DNA of 64,000 nucleotides, taken from assembly GCF_964355755.1 (NCBI RefSeq), contig NC_092670.1:2408201-2472200 (forward strand), read 5' to 3'. The first letter of the stretch is position 1. Every line of letters starts with the position of its first letter. Shown here one piece after another: positions 41,001 to 50,800 of this stretch. This DNA is from Antedon mediterranea (Eukaryota > Animalia > Echinodermata). Position numbers and translations under genes: made by a program. The notes below the pieces were generated by a model that worked only from the letters and a program-made list of their open reading frames with translations, was not told where the DNA came from and searched no databases.

Positions 41001-44000
41001 ATCAAAATAAAATCAAAAAATATAATGTCCCTAGAGTTTCAACCCAAAAAAATCTCAATATTTTTAATGGTAATGATATTTGGAGTGACAAAAAGTAAAT
41101 TTTGTTTTTATAGTGCTAGTCATTCAAAACACTGAAGTCTAGGTGTACAGTACGATTTTTGTTGTCACTTAAACAACATTGATACCAAAAGATAGTTATT
41201 TCAATGTTTTATTACCTTTTCCTTAGTAAAGAATTAATAGTAGAAGTTTTTCCGACTCCCTCAAGACCTACAAAAATAACTCTGCCTTGTTTAACTTCAG
41301 TTTTCCCTTCTTCCAGGGCTTCATTGTATGCTTTAATTGCTTCTGGTCCTCGAGCCTGTATCTCCACAGGAGTTAAATCTTGAAAACATAGTAGTTTACA
41401 ATTAGTATAAAATAAATATTTTAATTCTTTGAATTGATCAGAAAATATTTTAATTCATTGAAAGATTGTTCAATCACTATTAGAATACATCAGATTTTGG
41501 CTGCACTGAATAAATTATACATGGCATGCTCTATGTTTGTTTTGGTGGTGCAAAATATGGCAAAAATATATATGTGTAATAAATGCATTGTGTATTGAAT
41601 TATTCTCTCCTTTTTGGTAATGAATGTAAACAATTAAGTGGGTCAAAAATGAAAAAAATTAAAATGTGTTTCATAATTTCATTTTAGCTGTTGAATAGGA
41701 GGAAGCATGCTTCAAGCACAACACTCCTAGATCAACCACAGAGGGATATCTTTCTTTCAAATATTGAAATTCTTTCAAATATTAGATTGTGTATATAAGG
41801 AGGGACGACAGTGACGGGCTTGTTAGGGTCTCTATGTTGTCCCTCAACCAAATGTTGTTTTATTTGCTTGTTAGTGTGTGATTTTAGTCGAAATAAATGT
41901 TGAATTGAAATGAAATACACCCCATTGCTCATGCAACTGTGCTTGTCAATATAATGATACAGTAACCTGTTAGATTTCAATGTAGTATGTCAAGTGTCAA
42001 CAGGCTAAAAATGATAAATAAATATTACAATAACTTACTATCAATATTGCTTTGTAATTCTCTGTTCGAATATTCTCTTTTAATGTGTCCCACAGTGGTG
42101 CTGAGATCTTTATCTCCAATATCTAATGCAACTCCTCTTTTGGAACATTCTTTGAGCACATGATTGAATACATCACCTGATAGATTGCAATCTATCATAC
42201 CTAGAACCCTCAGTTTAGGAGACATAATCAACAAAGAAACCAGTAAAGTATCATCAATGTTGAAGAGATTGTTACCAGAGATATCGAGGCATTCTAATGC
42301 TAATTGAACTTGTTTGTGTGAACATTCTGAAACCATGTGATTGATGACGTTACCTGATAGATTGCAATCACTCATGTAAAGCCACACCAGCTCAGGAGAC
42401 ATAAAGAATAATGAACACAGTGAAGTACCATCAATGCTGTGAATATTGTTACCCGAGATATTGAGTTGATATAATGCTAATTGAACTCGTTTGAGAGAAC
42501 ATTCTGAAAACATGTGATTGAATACATCACCTGATAGATTGCAATTACTCAAGTCAAGCCACATCAGATCAGGAGACATAATGAATAATGAACACAGTGA
42601 AGTACCATCAATGCTGTGAAGATTGTTACCAGAGATATTGAGATAATATAATGCTAATTGAACTCGTTTGAGAGAACATTCTTTAACCATGTTATTCATT
42701 ATGTCACCTGATAGATTTTGAATCTTAACTTCCTTACGTTTAGCTCCAATACCTAAGATATGTGCAATAACTCTTCCCTTGTGCTCCAATGCCATCCTAC
42801 TACAAAAGGTATTAAAAATGTGATTCTTTTCAGAAGTATATGCATTGTCAACATATTCCATGGCATAAAGTTGCATAATTAGACGTATGAAGTGCCCATC
42901 ACATTGTACACCTGGACTAATGTGATCAATAAACATCCTTATGGAGGTAGATATATCATCCAAATGTTTATTTATTTCCAATTCTTTGGTGGTCATATCA
43001 TTAATTAATTCATTAACCACTGCATCCTCATGTTGTTTTTTAACCAAATTGAAATTACTTGGTAGAGAGCGATATGTTGCTAAATGATTTGTAATCCAAT
43101 GCTTTAAAAATTCACCTGCGTTGGCACCAAGGAAACCAATTGCAAACTCTCTCGCTCTGTATAAATGCTCACTCTCTCTTATCACCTCCCACTCATCATC
43201 ATCCAGTGGTGTAAGTAATCGCCCTACATCTTCTGTATTCTCCATACCTTCACTTTCACATAACTTGCATAAGTAAAATCCTACCAATGACTCTACTATC
43301 AACTTGTGAGGAGGCATGAAAATATTATCAAAGTAAGATTTCGAAATCGGTGCTTCTTGATAAACGAATCCAAGTTTCACGGACAAGTCAACCATATCTT
43401 TGTTTGAATGGTTATCATTCAAATCTTTCATATCGTTCATGTTAATTGAAAGTTGGTTTACTTTTAGGCTGTGATACATACATTTTCCCAATAAAATCAT
43501 AGCATTTACATATTTTGCTGGAATATCTTCGAATTTCGAAATCTTTGCGAACTGTCTTTGTTTGTTAAACTGGTGCAAAATACTAAGAAATATTTCTTTA
43601 AAAAGTTCAGCTTTATCTTCAGGAAGGATTTGTTTGTCCTCCCACATCATACAGATTGTAACAAGTAGCATTGGATTTTTGCACATAGAATATGCTTCTG
43701 GATGTTTTTCTCCAGCCCGATATGTGTCAAGTTCTAATTCCCTTTTAAGGAATTCTCCCAATTGTGGTTCTCCAAAATTCTTAAAGTGTTTATCAATATA
43801 CTTTCCTATGCTCTCGTCGTTAAATCCCTTAACTCTTATTTGTACATCACACTCTTTTTTTAATTCATCAATGTATTCCGATCTTGAAGTAAGTATTACA
43901 GTACTTTCCTCAAAGGAGTACCTTCTGAAAAGACTAATTATGCTTGGATTATTAAATCTCAATTCATCTAATCCATCTAATAATAACACCACTTTATAGG

Positions 44001-46165
44001 CATGTGTCTTGATGAATTTTTTAATCAACATTGGATTTTCTGGGAGATCTGTGCTTAAACTGAAATCCATCATATCCAGTTGCTTTACAATCAGATCAAT
44101 GATGTCTTCATCTTTGTATAAATCTCTTGCACTTAACAGAAATACAATTTTACCTTCAAATACTTTAATTGACTGACCAGCCGTAGCCCAGTTGTATGAT
44201 AAATATCTTAATATGGCAGTTTTACCTATACCACCCTCGCCATCAATAAGAGCTCGACATCCAGGTGTGGAACTGATTACATCTACCACTTCTTCTAATG
44301 TTGTTGGTTTGCTTCCTTTATTGTTTTCATTTTCCTTCAGCAGTTCCATATCGGTAAATATTTGCAAAATGTCAACTTTGTATCTATCACGCATTATTGT
44401 TGTTATAAATCTACAGGCCTCAGCTCTGTACAGTTTCTTTTGTCTTTGAAGCAGATATTCTTCTATCTTTTCTAGATATAAAGAAAGATTTTTAGCTTGA
44501 TTTATTAATATATATTATTATATCGTTATTCATTTTTTTTTTATTTATGTCGTATTTCACAAAGTTGTTATATGTGTTATATGTGCATGCATTTGTCGGA
44601 TCCAGGCTTGACTACTGTAATGCGCTTTTCATTGGTCTTCCGAATAACCGAGTGAAAATTATGCAGCGTCTACAAAATAGCATAACAAGGACACGTAAAT
44701 TTGACAACATCTCCCCAGTATTTGCAGATCTTCACTGGTTACCGGTACAATAACGGATACAGTACAAGGTGTTGATCCTGGCCTACAAAGCTCAGACCAA
44801 TTTGGAGCCTGGCTACCACAATAATAATAATAATTATTATTATTATACCTGTATTATATTTAATTATCTAACTTTGCAAATTAAAAGTTTATTGTTATAA
44901 TTTTTTCCACGCAGTCATAAATAATCTTTATAGAGTGAGTGTGACCCAATATAATTTATTCTTATAAATAAATAAATAAATAAATACTGTATCAGAAAAA
45001 TATAAACCTTAATTAAAAATATGCTCAACAACAGAGGGCATCAAAGAAAATATAATTATCACAAAGAATTTTTGTAATATAAATTAAGTTCCACTTTAGA
45101 GTAAAATAAAATCAACCTAAAACCTTGTTTGTTTAAGTATGGAAGTGCAATTATTCTATTAAAAACTAAAATTGATATCATTAAGACATATTTTTATTTA
45201 TCTTAGTTATAACATATCTCTATTTTCCATATCAATGACAGGCTTGATGCACAAATATGTTCACTATGGTTGGAATGGCATATGCTGTAGACAGGATCCT
45301 ATTTAGCCTACTGTACTTGTAAAATTATCATTAAATCCAAAATCGGTTTATAAATTCAACCTGGACATTTTTCTGGTGTCTTAAGAGTACTGTATAAACT
45401 TATATAGTATATATAGTTACTTCTTTCAGTTTGTCTGATTATCTTGGTATAGGGAAGGCAACAACTTGTCTTAATGATTTGACAATTGTTAAAGTAATTC
45501 AGAAGTAAAAATATAAACTTTAGGGTTTATTATAGATAATTATCTTGGGAATACTGATTAATAGATAAAAGTGATATACAGTATAAATTGAAAGTGTTCA
45601 ACATGTTTGATATATCTCAAATTGTGATGAGTAATGAACATTCACTTTCATCCAATACTGATATAAATAGTTCATAATGGCAGACCAAAAGAACCTTATA
45701 ATAATTGTGTGTACACATAATTGTAGCAGCTTGATTGGCCGGCTTCAAAATTCAATGATTATATTGTATAATTATTGTTGCAGTTGGTTTATTTTTGACA
45801 ATCAGTAAATTCAACAACTGAATTATAAAATGGATCTGATTTGCATTATTATGGTAAACATTACAAGTAAACTCACCTGTTTTTGATTTAACCTCTTTGT
45901 TCATTGGTATCACTGGCTTTGAGTCTGTTTAATAAGCAAATGACAAGAACTGAAATTTTATAATTCTACAGTACCTCAAGAAGACCAATGCTTAACGGCA
46001 TAAATTATGTATAAAAGTTATAATTATAAAATAAAATTCAATTATGTGTGCAATATGAATGATAGAGTGTGTGAATAGTATATAATGAATTAAATCCTAT
46101 TCATCTCCAAAAATTTATTTCAAAACTTGCTTGAAAAAGTAAATCTATTTTCTCTTACCTGCCAT
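25815..46165 (-). CDS. Multi-exon NLR-Roco fusion gene: NACHT-LRR-Roc-COR, about 1560 aa; last exon uncertain
   Basis: Coding exons 46159-46165, 45877-45924, 42039-44471, 41216-41378, 40132-40223, 34209-34529, 30895-31052, 30116-30205, 29540-29710, 28862-29107, 28485-28673, 27435-27602, 27030-27332, 26229-26309, 25815-26013. All have GT-AG boundaries with compatible phases, total 4669 nt, no stops. NACHT, LRR, Roc G1-G4 and COR motifs occur in order. Confidence 0.85.
26229..26309 (-). CDS. COR exon
   Basis: TIIVRTESENVSKHSEDNKPLPTACKK; ttgtag acceptor, gtaggc donor; phase 0. Confidence 0.72.
27030..27332 (-). CDS. COR exon
   Basis: DFYVLSRLKP...DSYLPDDLFQRAATKFI; ttatag acceptor, gtaaat donor. 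Confidence 0.83.
27435..27602 (-). CDS. COR exon
   Basis: LLRHLWENF...FLASLMEKFGLMC; aatag acceptor; donor gtattg chosen to keep phase 0. Confidence 0.8.
27886..27987 (+). mobile_element. Minimal HINE of the same family
   Basis: ttttagtcgcgtg…agttcactatgtcggtcgg…cacgcgact…ggccttgtt. Confidence 0.62.
27990..28110. mobile_element. Tc1/mariner (pogo-like) MITE end; related end at about 18770-18862
   Basis: gtggccgcttacgggagg repeats ending in gttcaactg|ta. Confidence 0.5.
28485..28673 (-). CDS. COR exon
   Basis: VLLEYLHDIGEILYYPDDEALKDIIIID (COR LxYLHDxG signature); tttag acceptor, gtaagc donor. Confidence 0.88.
28862..29107 (-). CDS. Roc end / COR start exon
   Basis: KIFTIENN...RTYPIKWLQVQEKI (COR P-x-x-W-L); ttcag acceptor, gtaagc donor. 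Confidence 0.86.
29540..29710 (-). CDS. Roc exon with G4 motif
   Basis: RMTNLEFILHWIQSVYTN...PPVLLIGTHLNGL; tttag acceptor, gtaaaa donor. Confidence 0.87.
30116..30205 (-). CDS. Roc exon
   Basis: IFMVSFAVVCVVFNLCDDLDAPAKVLDPTT; catag acceptor, gtaagt donor; 90 nt, phase 0. Confidence 0.85.
30480..30869. mobile_element. Partial Harbinger element related to 49553-50381
   Basis: Right end tctgtgagaaaagggct and shared ggcaccatgccggcat motif; left end not found. Confidence 0.5.
30895..31052 (-). CDS. Roc switch II exon
   Basis: FVMNIWDFGGQPIYHVMQR (G3 WDFxGQ); acaaag acceptor, gtaagg donor. Confidence 0.9.
31641..34182 (-). mobile_element. Non-autonomous Helitron (copy 1)
   Basis: Minus strand A|TCTATATATAAATTTACG…hairpin CTAGATGGTACGCGAGCGAAGCGAGCGTGCCATCTAG|T; no TSD. 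Confidence 0.82.
34209..34529 (-). CDS. Low-complexity acidic insertion exon within Roc (107 codons)
   Basis: Overlaps ORF 34162-34515; ttttaag acceptor, G|gtaagc donor; symmetric phase 1-1; E/K/T/A-rich. Confidence 0.78.
34688..37807 (-). mobile_element. Non-autonomous Helitron (copy 2), with a nested hAT-like MITE
   Basis: Same 5'-TC start, terminal hairpin-CTAG and internal sequence as copy 1. Confidence 0.82.
35600..37395. mobile_element. hAT-like MITE, nested in Helitron copy 2
   Basis: TIR caggcccgtat…atacgggcctg; flanking ttatc duplicated; poly-G/poly-C subterminal tracts; another hAT-like end (cgccacccctg) near 37165. Confidence 0.72.
37808..39249 (-). mobile_element. Non-autonomous Helitron (copy 3), fused head-to-tail to copy 2
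   Basis: Plus-strand junction atataga|ctagatgg equals CTAG|TC on minus; 5' end A|TC at 39249. Confidence 0.82.
39467..39816 (+). mobile_element. Short Helitron-like element (related family)
   Basis: 3' hairpin ctagagggggagcgagcgaagcgagctcaccctctag|t; candidate A|TC start at 39467 is tentative. Confidence 0.5.
40132..40223 (-). CDS. Roc switch I exon
   Basis: SFKKEHEITDGIVETK (G2 T-D-G-I); ctgtag acceptor, gtaagt donor; phases 2 to 1. Confidence 0.82.
40676..40997 (+). mobile_element. RTE-clade LINE 3' fragment
   Basis: IKRRRLKWYGHIIRL…KRPVGRPRNIW followed by a (CAA)n tail. Confidence 0.8.
41216..41378 (-). CDS. Roc GTPase P-loop exon
   Basis: LTPVEIQARGPEAIKAYNEALEEGKTEVKQGRVIFVGLEGVGKTSTINSLLRK; ttcaag acceptor, gtaat donor; phase 1 matches the NACHT-LRR exon donor. 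Confidence 0.9.
42039..44471 (-). CDS. NACHT + LRR exon (811 codons) of the NLR-Roco gene
   Basis: Contains most of ORF 42025-44394: Walker A GEGGIGKT, Walker B LLLDGLDEL, sensor-1 VILTSR, CKNPMLL, winged-helix PHKLIVESL, then LxxLxISGNNL / LDLSNCNLS repeats. Acceptor tctag before 44471; donor GAT A|gtaagt after 42039. Confidence 0.93.
42176..42720 (-). repeat. 177-bp (59 aa, two-LRR) tandem unit, about 3 copies, inside the LRR region
   Basis: cctgatagatt recurs at 42176, 42353, 42530 and 42707. Confidence 0.85.
44547..44820 (+). mobile_element. L2-type LINE ORF2 C-terminal fragment
   Basis: HAFVGSRLDYCNALFIGLP…LQN…DNISPVFADLHWLPVQ*RIQYKVL; absent from the paralog near 7500. Confidence 0.8.
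45877..45924 (-). CDS. NLR-Roco micro-exon (DSKPVIPMNKEVKSKT)
   Basis: aaacag|48 nt|gtgagt, phase 1-1; conserved with its splice sites in the paralog at 8767-8814. Confidence 0.7.
46159..46165 (-). CDS. NLR-Roco start exon, coding part ATG GCA G (exon 46159-46191)
   Basis: ttttag|AAACAAAGACCTAAAAAGTTGACAAC ATG GCA G|gtaag; good Kozak context; conserved in the paralogous copy at 9049-9081. Confidence 0.65.
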
Positions 46166-46430
46166 GTTGTCAACTTTTTAGGTCTTTGTTTCTAAAAGCA
46201 GGATATGTTGTATTAGAGGATAAATCAATCAATAATACAGGATAAATCATCAATTAAAAATATCTTTTTAACTATTCAATCATATAAATAAATAAATCAG
46301 AAACTAAAGTGTTCAATAGATATTTTAATTAATTTAAATATAAAAATTAATTCAGAGATGTAGCCTTTATAGAGTTTTATCTACAGTATCTCGAGCAGTA
46401 GCTGAGCAAAACTAAATGTATATTATTATT

Positions 46431-46794
46431 AACAGGCAAAGAACATTAATTCTAAACCGCCCGGTGATATACTGAAATTTAATTAATTAATTTGAAACGA
46501 TAAAGATGAGGAAATCTGTGAGAATGAGAAAAAGTCGCCCCAACCGAGACTCGAACTCGGACCGCCTGCTTGATATGCAGATGTCCTAACCGTTAGACCA
46601 CTGGGGCTTTCATGGTATTGTTCGAACTCGATTGGATAGCGACTCTTTAACATTCTCGGCGTGGTACGGCTTACGCCCTCATCTTTCAGTATTTTTATTC
46701 ACGAGGCGGGATCTCCGAAGAGATACTTTTATATATATAAACACAACAGGCAAAGAACATTAATTCTAAACCGCCCGGTGATATACTGAAATTT
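46431..46794 (-). mobile_element. tRNA-containing element with about 50-bp terminal direct repeats (partial tandem, 314-bp unit)
   Basis: aacaggcaaagaacattaattctaaaccgcccggtgatatactgaaattt at 46431 and 46745; internal tRNA-like segment about 46537-46607 with A box and B box (GTTCGAGTC); absent from the paralogous site near 9360. Confidence 0.78.
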
Positions 46795-47826
46795 ATTATT
46801 AGAAATTTACAAGAAAAAACAAAATAAAAATTTAACTAAATTTCTTTGTATATTGTACAGTATACAGGTACCTGAGCCTAATAATAACCTACTCCAGGGT
46901 GCCTTTGTGGCTACCATTCCAATGCATATTTACACAAAACACAAAGTTTAATATGATGATAGGCTTGCTCAACCATGAAATTGCCAAGAAACTTTGTGAT
47001 TGTGTATGAAATGCCAGAGAAGTATTAATTCAGATTATAATATTTTCCATCTATTTCCATACAGTAGTTTTTTGTTAATCAGTCACTTTTATTTATTATT
47101 TATCTATTAGTAATGTGAAGAGTGGGAAAGAAAGAACAAAAATGTACTGCATTATCGCTTGAAAAGCTGCCTATTGTCTTTGCTGTTAATATGTCAATGG
47201 TTCAGGATATTAAATATTCCATATAGTAGGCCTGTTAAGCTAACCAATCCTTAAAATTGTGATAACATTCTGAAACTTTGCACAGTTATTCATTAGGGTA
47301 TCAAAAATATGAAATGGAAGGGTTGCACAAAATTTGGTCAGGAGAAATGGCGGACCCCAAGTTTTCACTTTTCAGGTATATCTCTGCTAAAAAGGCACCT
47401 AGAGTTCTGATTTTAGATGCAAATTATATGGTATTGGGGTCACCAAACATATTGGTTATAACTAACCTTTTGATTGCATGGCGGTCATTTTGGATTTCAA
47501 AATGGCGGACCCTAAATTTTCACTTTTCAGGTATATCTGCTAAAAAGGTACACAGAGTTCTGATTTTAGGTGCAAATTATATGGTAATGGGTCACCAAAC
47601 ATATTGGTATATTGCATGGCGGCCATTTTGAAAGGCGACCATTTTTAATTTCAAAATGGCGAACTCAAAATGTTTCAGTACAGTACCTACAGTTATAATT
47701 TTAGGTACAAAGTATAATATGGTATTGAGATCAACAAACTTATTGGTATAACGTATTTGATTGCATGGCGGCCATTTTGAATGTACTGGCTTTACAATAT
47801 TTGTTTATGTTTATAGTTACATGCAT

Positions 47827-50800
47827 TTAACATGGACACTTATTGTTGTTCACATTTTCCCTGGCAACCACACAACTCTGTACATCGTAAATCACTCTTT
47901 CTGCATTTACAGCATCCAAGATCACATCACAGTCGGTGTGTCCACAGCGAATTAAAACCTTTGTGACATCTGAAAGTTCCGGCAATGAACTCCAAACCGG
48001 ACTAAATTTGTTGTCGTCCTTCCTCCATCCCCAGTTCGCTGGGTCCTGTTCAACCCTGAAGGCATCTAGACAATTATACCACTTCCTGGCTTGTAGAACA
48101 GACCGTTTCACATGTTCTCTTAATGCCGCAGATGTTGGAGGGATATTTTCAATAGTCTTTCCTCTTGTTGTAAAAAGATATCGTCTTGCATCATTTACCT
48201 TCTTTCCATTAAATGTTCTGCAGTACATGGTTACAACAAACTGTTCTAGATAATCTATGTCTGTTTCACTAACATCCCCTACAGACAATGACATCCTCTC
48301 GAAAACTGGAGTCATACATGGCATCTTTTTCCAAGTCTCGTTAAATGTAGCTTTACCTTTTCCTTGAACAGACGAAGTTGTACCGCAACCGCTAAAGGAA
48401 TGAAAGAACAAGTAAGCGGCTGATGCTTGTGGTCCAAGAGAAGAAGCAATCTCGTGTATTGGGATGTACTTCAAGTGCTTTTCCACTCCAAACTCGATCC
48501 AAAGCTCGTGGATGCCAGGTATTCTGTGAAAAGCTGACAATGCAATAACAACAACATCACTGTCTACAGTCTTGACAAGAATGCGCGGAAAAAATTCAGC
48601 TGCATGTTTAACATGAACAAACATGCGTTCATCTGCCTCTTCTATGTTACATGGCATAAGCAGTTGTATATTTACAGACTCGTTTGTTACAGCTCTGTCT
48701 CCCAAGGACCCTACAAACATTCCGTGATTTGTGTCAATTTTCCCTACTACTTCATTTACAATTAATGAAAACAACTCTGATTTGTTGTCATCACATCTCA
48801 AAAATGTGGTCCAATTGTTGGGCATGCTCCCGCTGGCTTTGACGACCCTCCTTACACCAGAGCCGCGGTTTGAACGCGTACCAGACTTTAAACTGTCGTT
48901 AAAGTATCTATCGAAAACCAAATCTAGTCGCGTCACTGATCGAAGTTGATGGTATATATATGGTTGTACGACACTTGATATATACTCAATGAATGTCTTC
49001 GAATCATTGGGCCTGAGCATTGATTATTGCTGGTCCATCTAACACCTTGGCATCAACTAATGGTGCTTCGTTTAGCGCTGTGTGCTTGATAGCCAAAATA
49101 GTATCTACAATACCTGCAAAAAAAAACCCAAACTGAACTACTGTACCATACAAATCATCAAGATCACCTGATCCTGTCCTTTCCAGTTGAAATTGAAGAT
49201 TCACTGATGGATACATTTATTAAGTCAAAACTATTACAAACATCACTAAAGAAACCTAATATGTTGCAGATAGTAACCTGATTTGTTCTTGGCTGGTCGT
49301 AGATTTCCACTGTCCGAAAGACTTGGAGGTGCTCCTTGGTTTTCGTGAGAGAAAAACTCATTGAGGTCCCCATCCTTATTTTGGCATGCAATAAACAGTC
49401 TGGAGTACAAAGCAGCGTCACTTCTTGCTACTTTTAGTCGTGTGTCTTTCTTTGTTTTAGGCTTTGGGTTTGCACATTTGAAGATTTGCATGTTGTTCCT
49501 CTTGATGGTATCCGGAATTGGCTCGTTCTTTAAAATTCGAGAATTCATATAAAGCCCCTTTCTCACAGAGCTGAGTGCCAGGAATATTGCGGGAATATAC
49601 CATTACCATGCCGGTATGGTTTTCTGTGAGAACGGGTCGTCTTGGCATCATGCCGGCACCATGCCGGCATCGACATGACCTGCTTTAGACCTAGTAATAT
49701 TCTAGGGATATTCCCCGCAATGCCAGACGGGCATTCTGTGAGAACGTAACGCCGTTATATTCCGGGGTTCCCTGTCGAGGCTTCAGACACCTTGCGCGGT
49801 CAAGTGTATCACTTTGGCGCCGATTCAATTCAATTAACAATAATAATGTCGAACTGGAGGGATAATGAGATAAGAGAGCTGCTTAAAATAAGGGGACAAG
49901 AAGAAATTTGTAGCATAATCTATAGCAGGCCTAGCCTACTAGGCCAATAGCTCTTTTGTTGGTGCCTAACTAGCCTGACCCTTCGTCGCGTTGTAAATTG
50001 TACAGCCTTCTAAGGTGTTTTACAGATTGCCGATTGACGGCTAATTAATTGCTGTACCTGTATAATATATGCACAATATACTGTACATAGCATGTATTGC
50101 ATAAATATGCTATAAAGGAAGATAATAATCTGTAACCTAACATTCGCCGCCATATATCCCTAGACAAAAATAATAACAATAAAGGACGCCCTCAATAATT
50201 ATTTTGTCAGAGACTTTTTATTGGCCGAATATGCCCGACTCCTTTCTCACAGAAAGCCGGTATATACCGGTTATATTTCCGGCACGATAGTCCGATGAGA
50301 ATGGGTATATGCCGGTAACGATACCGGCACGACGCCAGCACTGTACCGGTATATTGCAGACACATCTGTGAGAAAGGGGCTTAAGTTTCAAACTGCTCTT
50401 TCCCCATGGCTTCAACAGCATGCAAGTTTTTAACTGCTTTAATACCAGGTACTAGCTTTGTATCTAATGCGTATAAATCTTCACTATCATCCATTAATGG
50501 GTTGCCAAACTCAGCTAAGCAATAATACATTGCCTTTACATTGTTAATAAAATATTTCTGTGCACTTTTGTTAGAGTCATGATGTTCTAGGATGGTATCC
50601 GACTTGGGTAGTCTGGTGTTGCTCTCGAATTCTTCTATCATTCGATAGACTTCAGGACCTGCCACCAGCCACTTTGCAAGGGATGCATCATTTTCAGTAA
50701 GCCCAATGGCTCCTCCGACTCCTTTGATTTTGGCATTGATTTGTTCATGGTTATGGTCCAATCCTATATGGGAAAACTTCCTGTTCGACTTCTGTGCAGT

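Noticed and set aside
42025-44394. Stand-alone single-exon 789-aa NLR, as the ORF track suggests
   Set aside because: The frame stays open upstream to a splice acceptor, and a strong in-phase donor just before the stop links it to the Roc exons.
43562-44449. Plus-strand ORFs opposite the NACHT exon (similar ones lie opposite the Academ, Kolobok and PLE ORFs)
   Set aside because: Antisense shadows of real coding sequence with no motifs.
46537-46607. Functional tRNA gene (Asp-like)
   Set aside because: The anticodon loop (ATATCAA) and stems are non-canonical, and it is embedded in a repeated insertion absent from the paralog.
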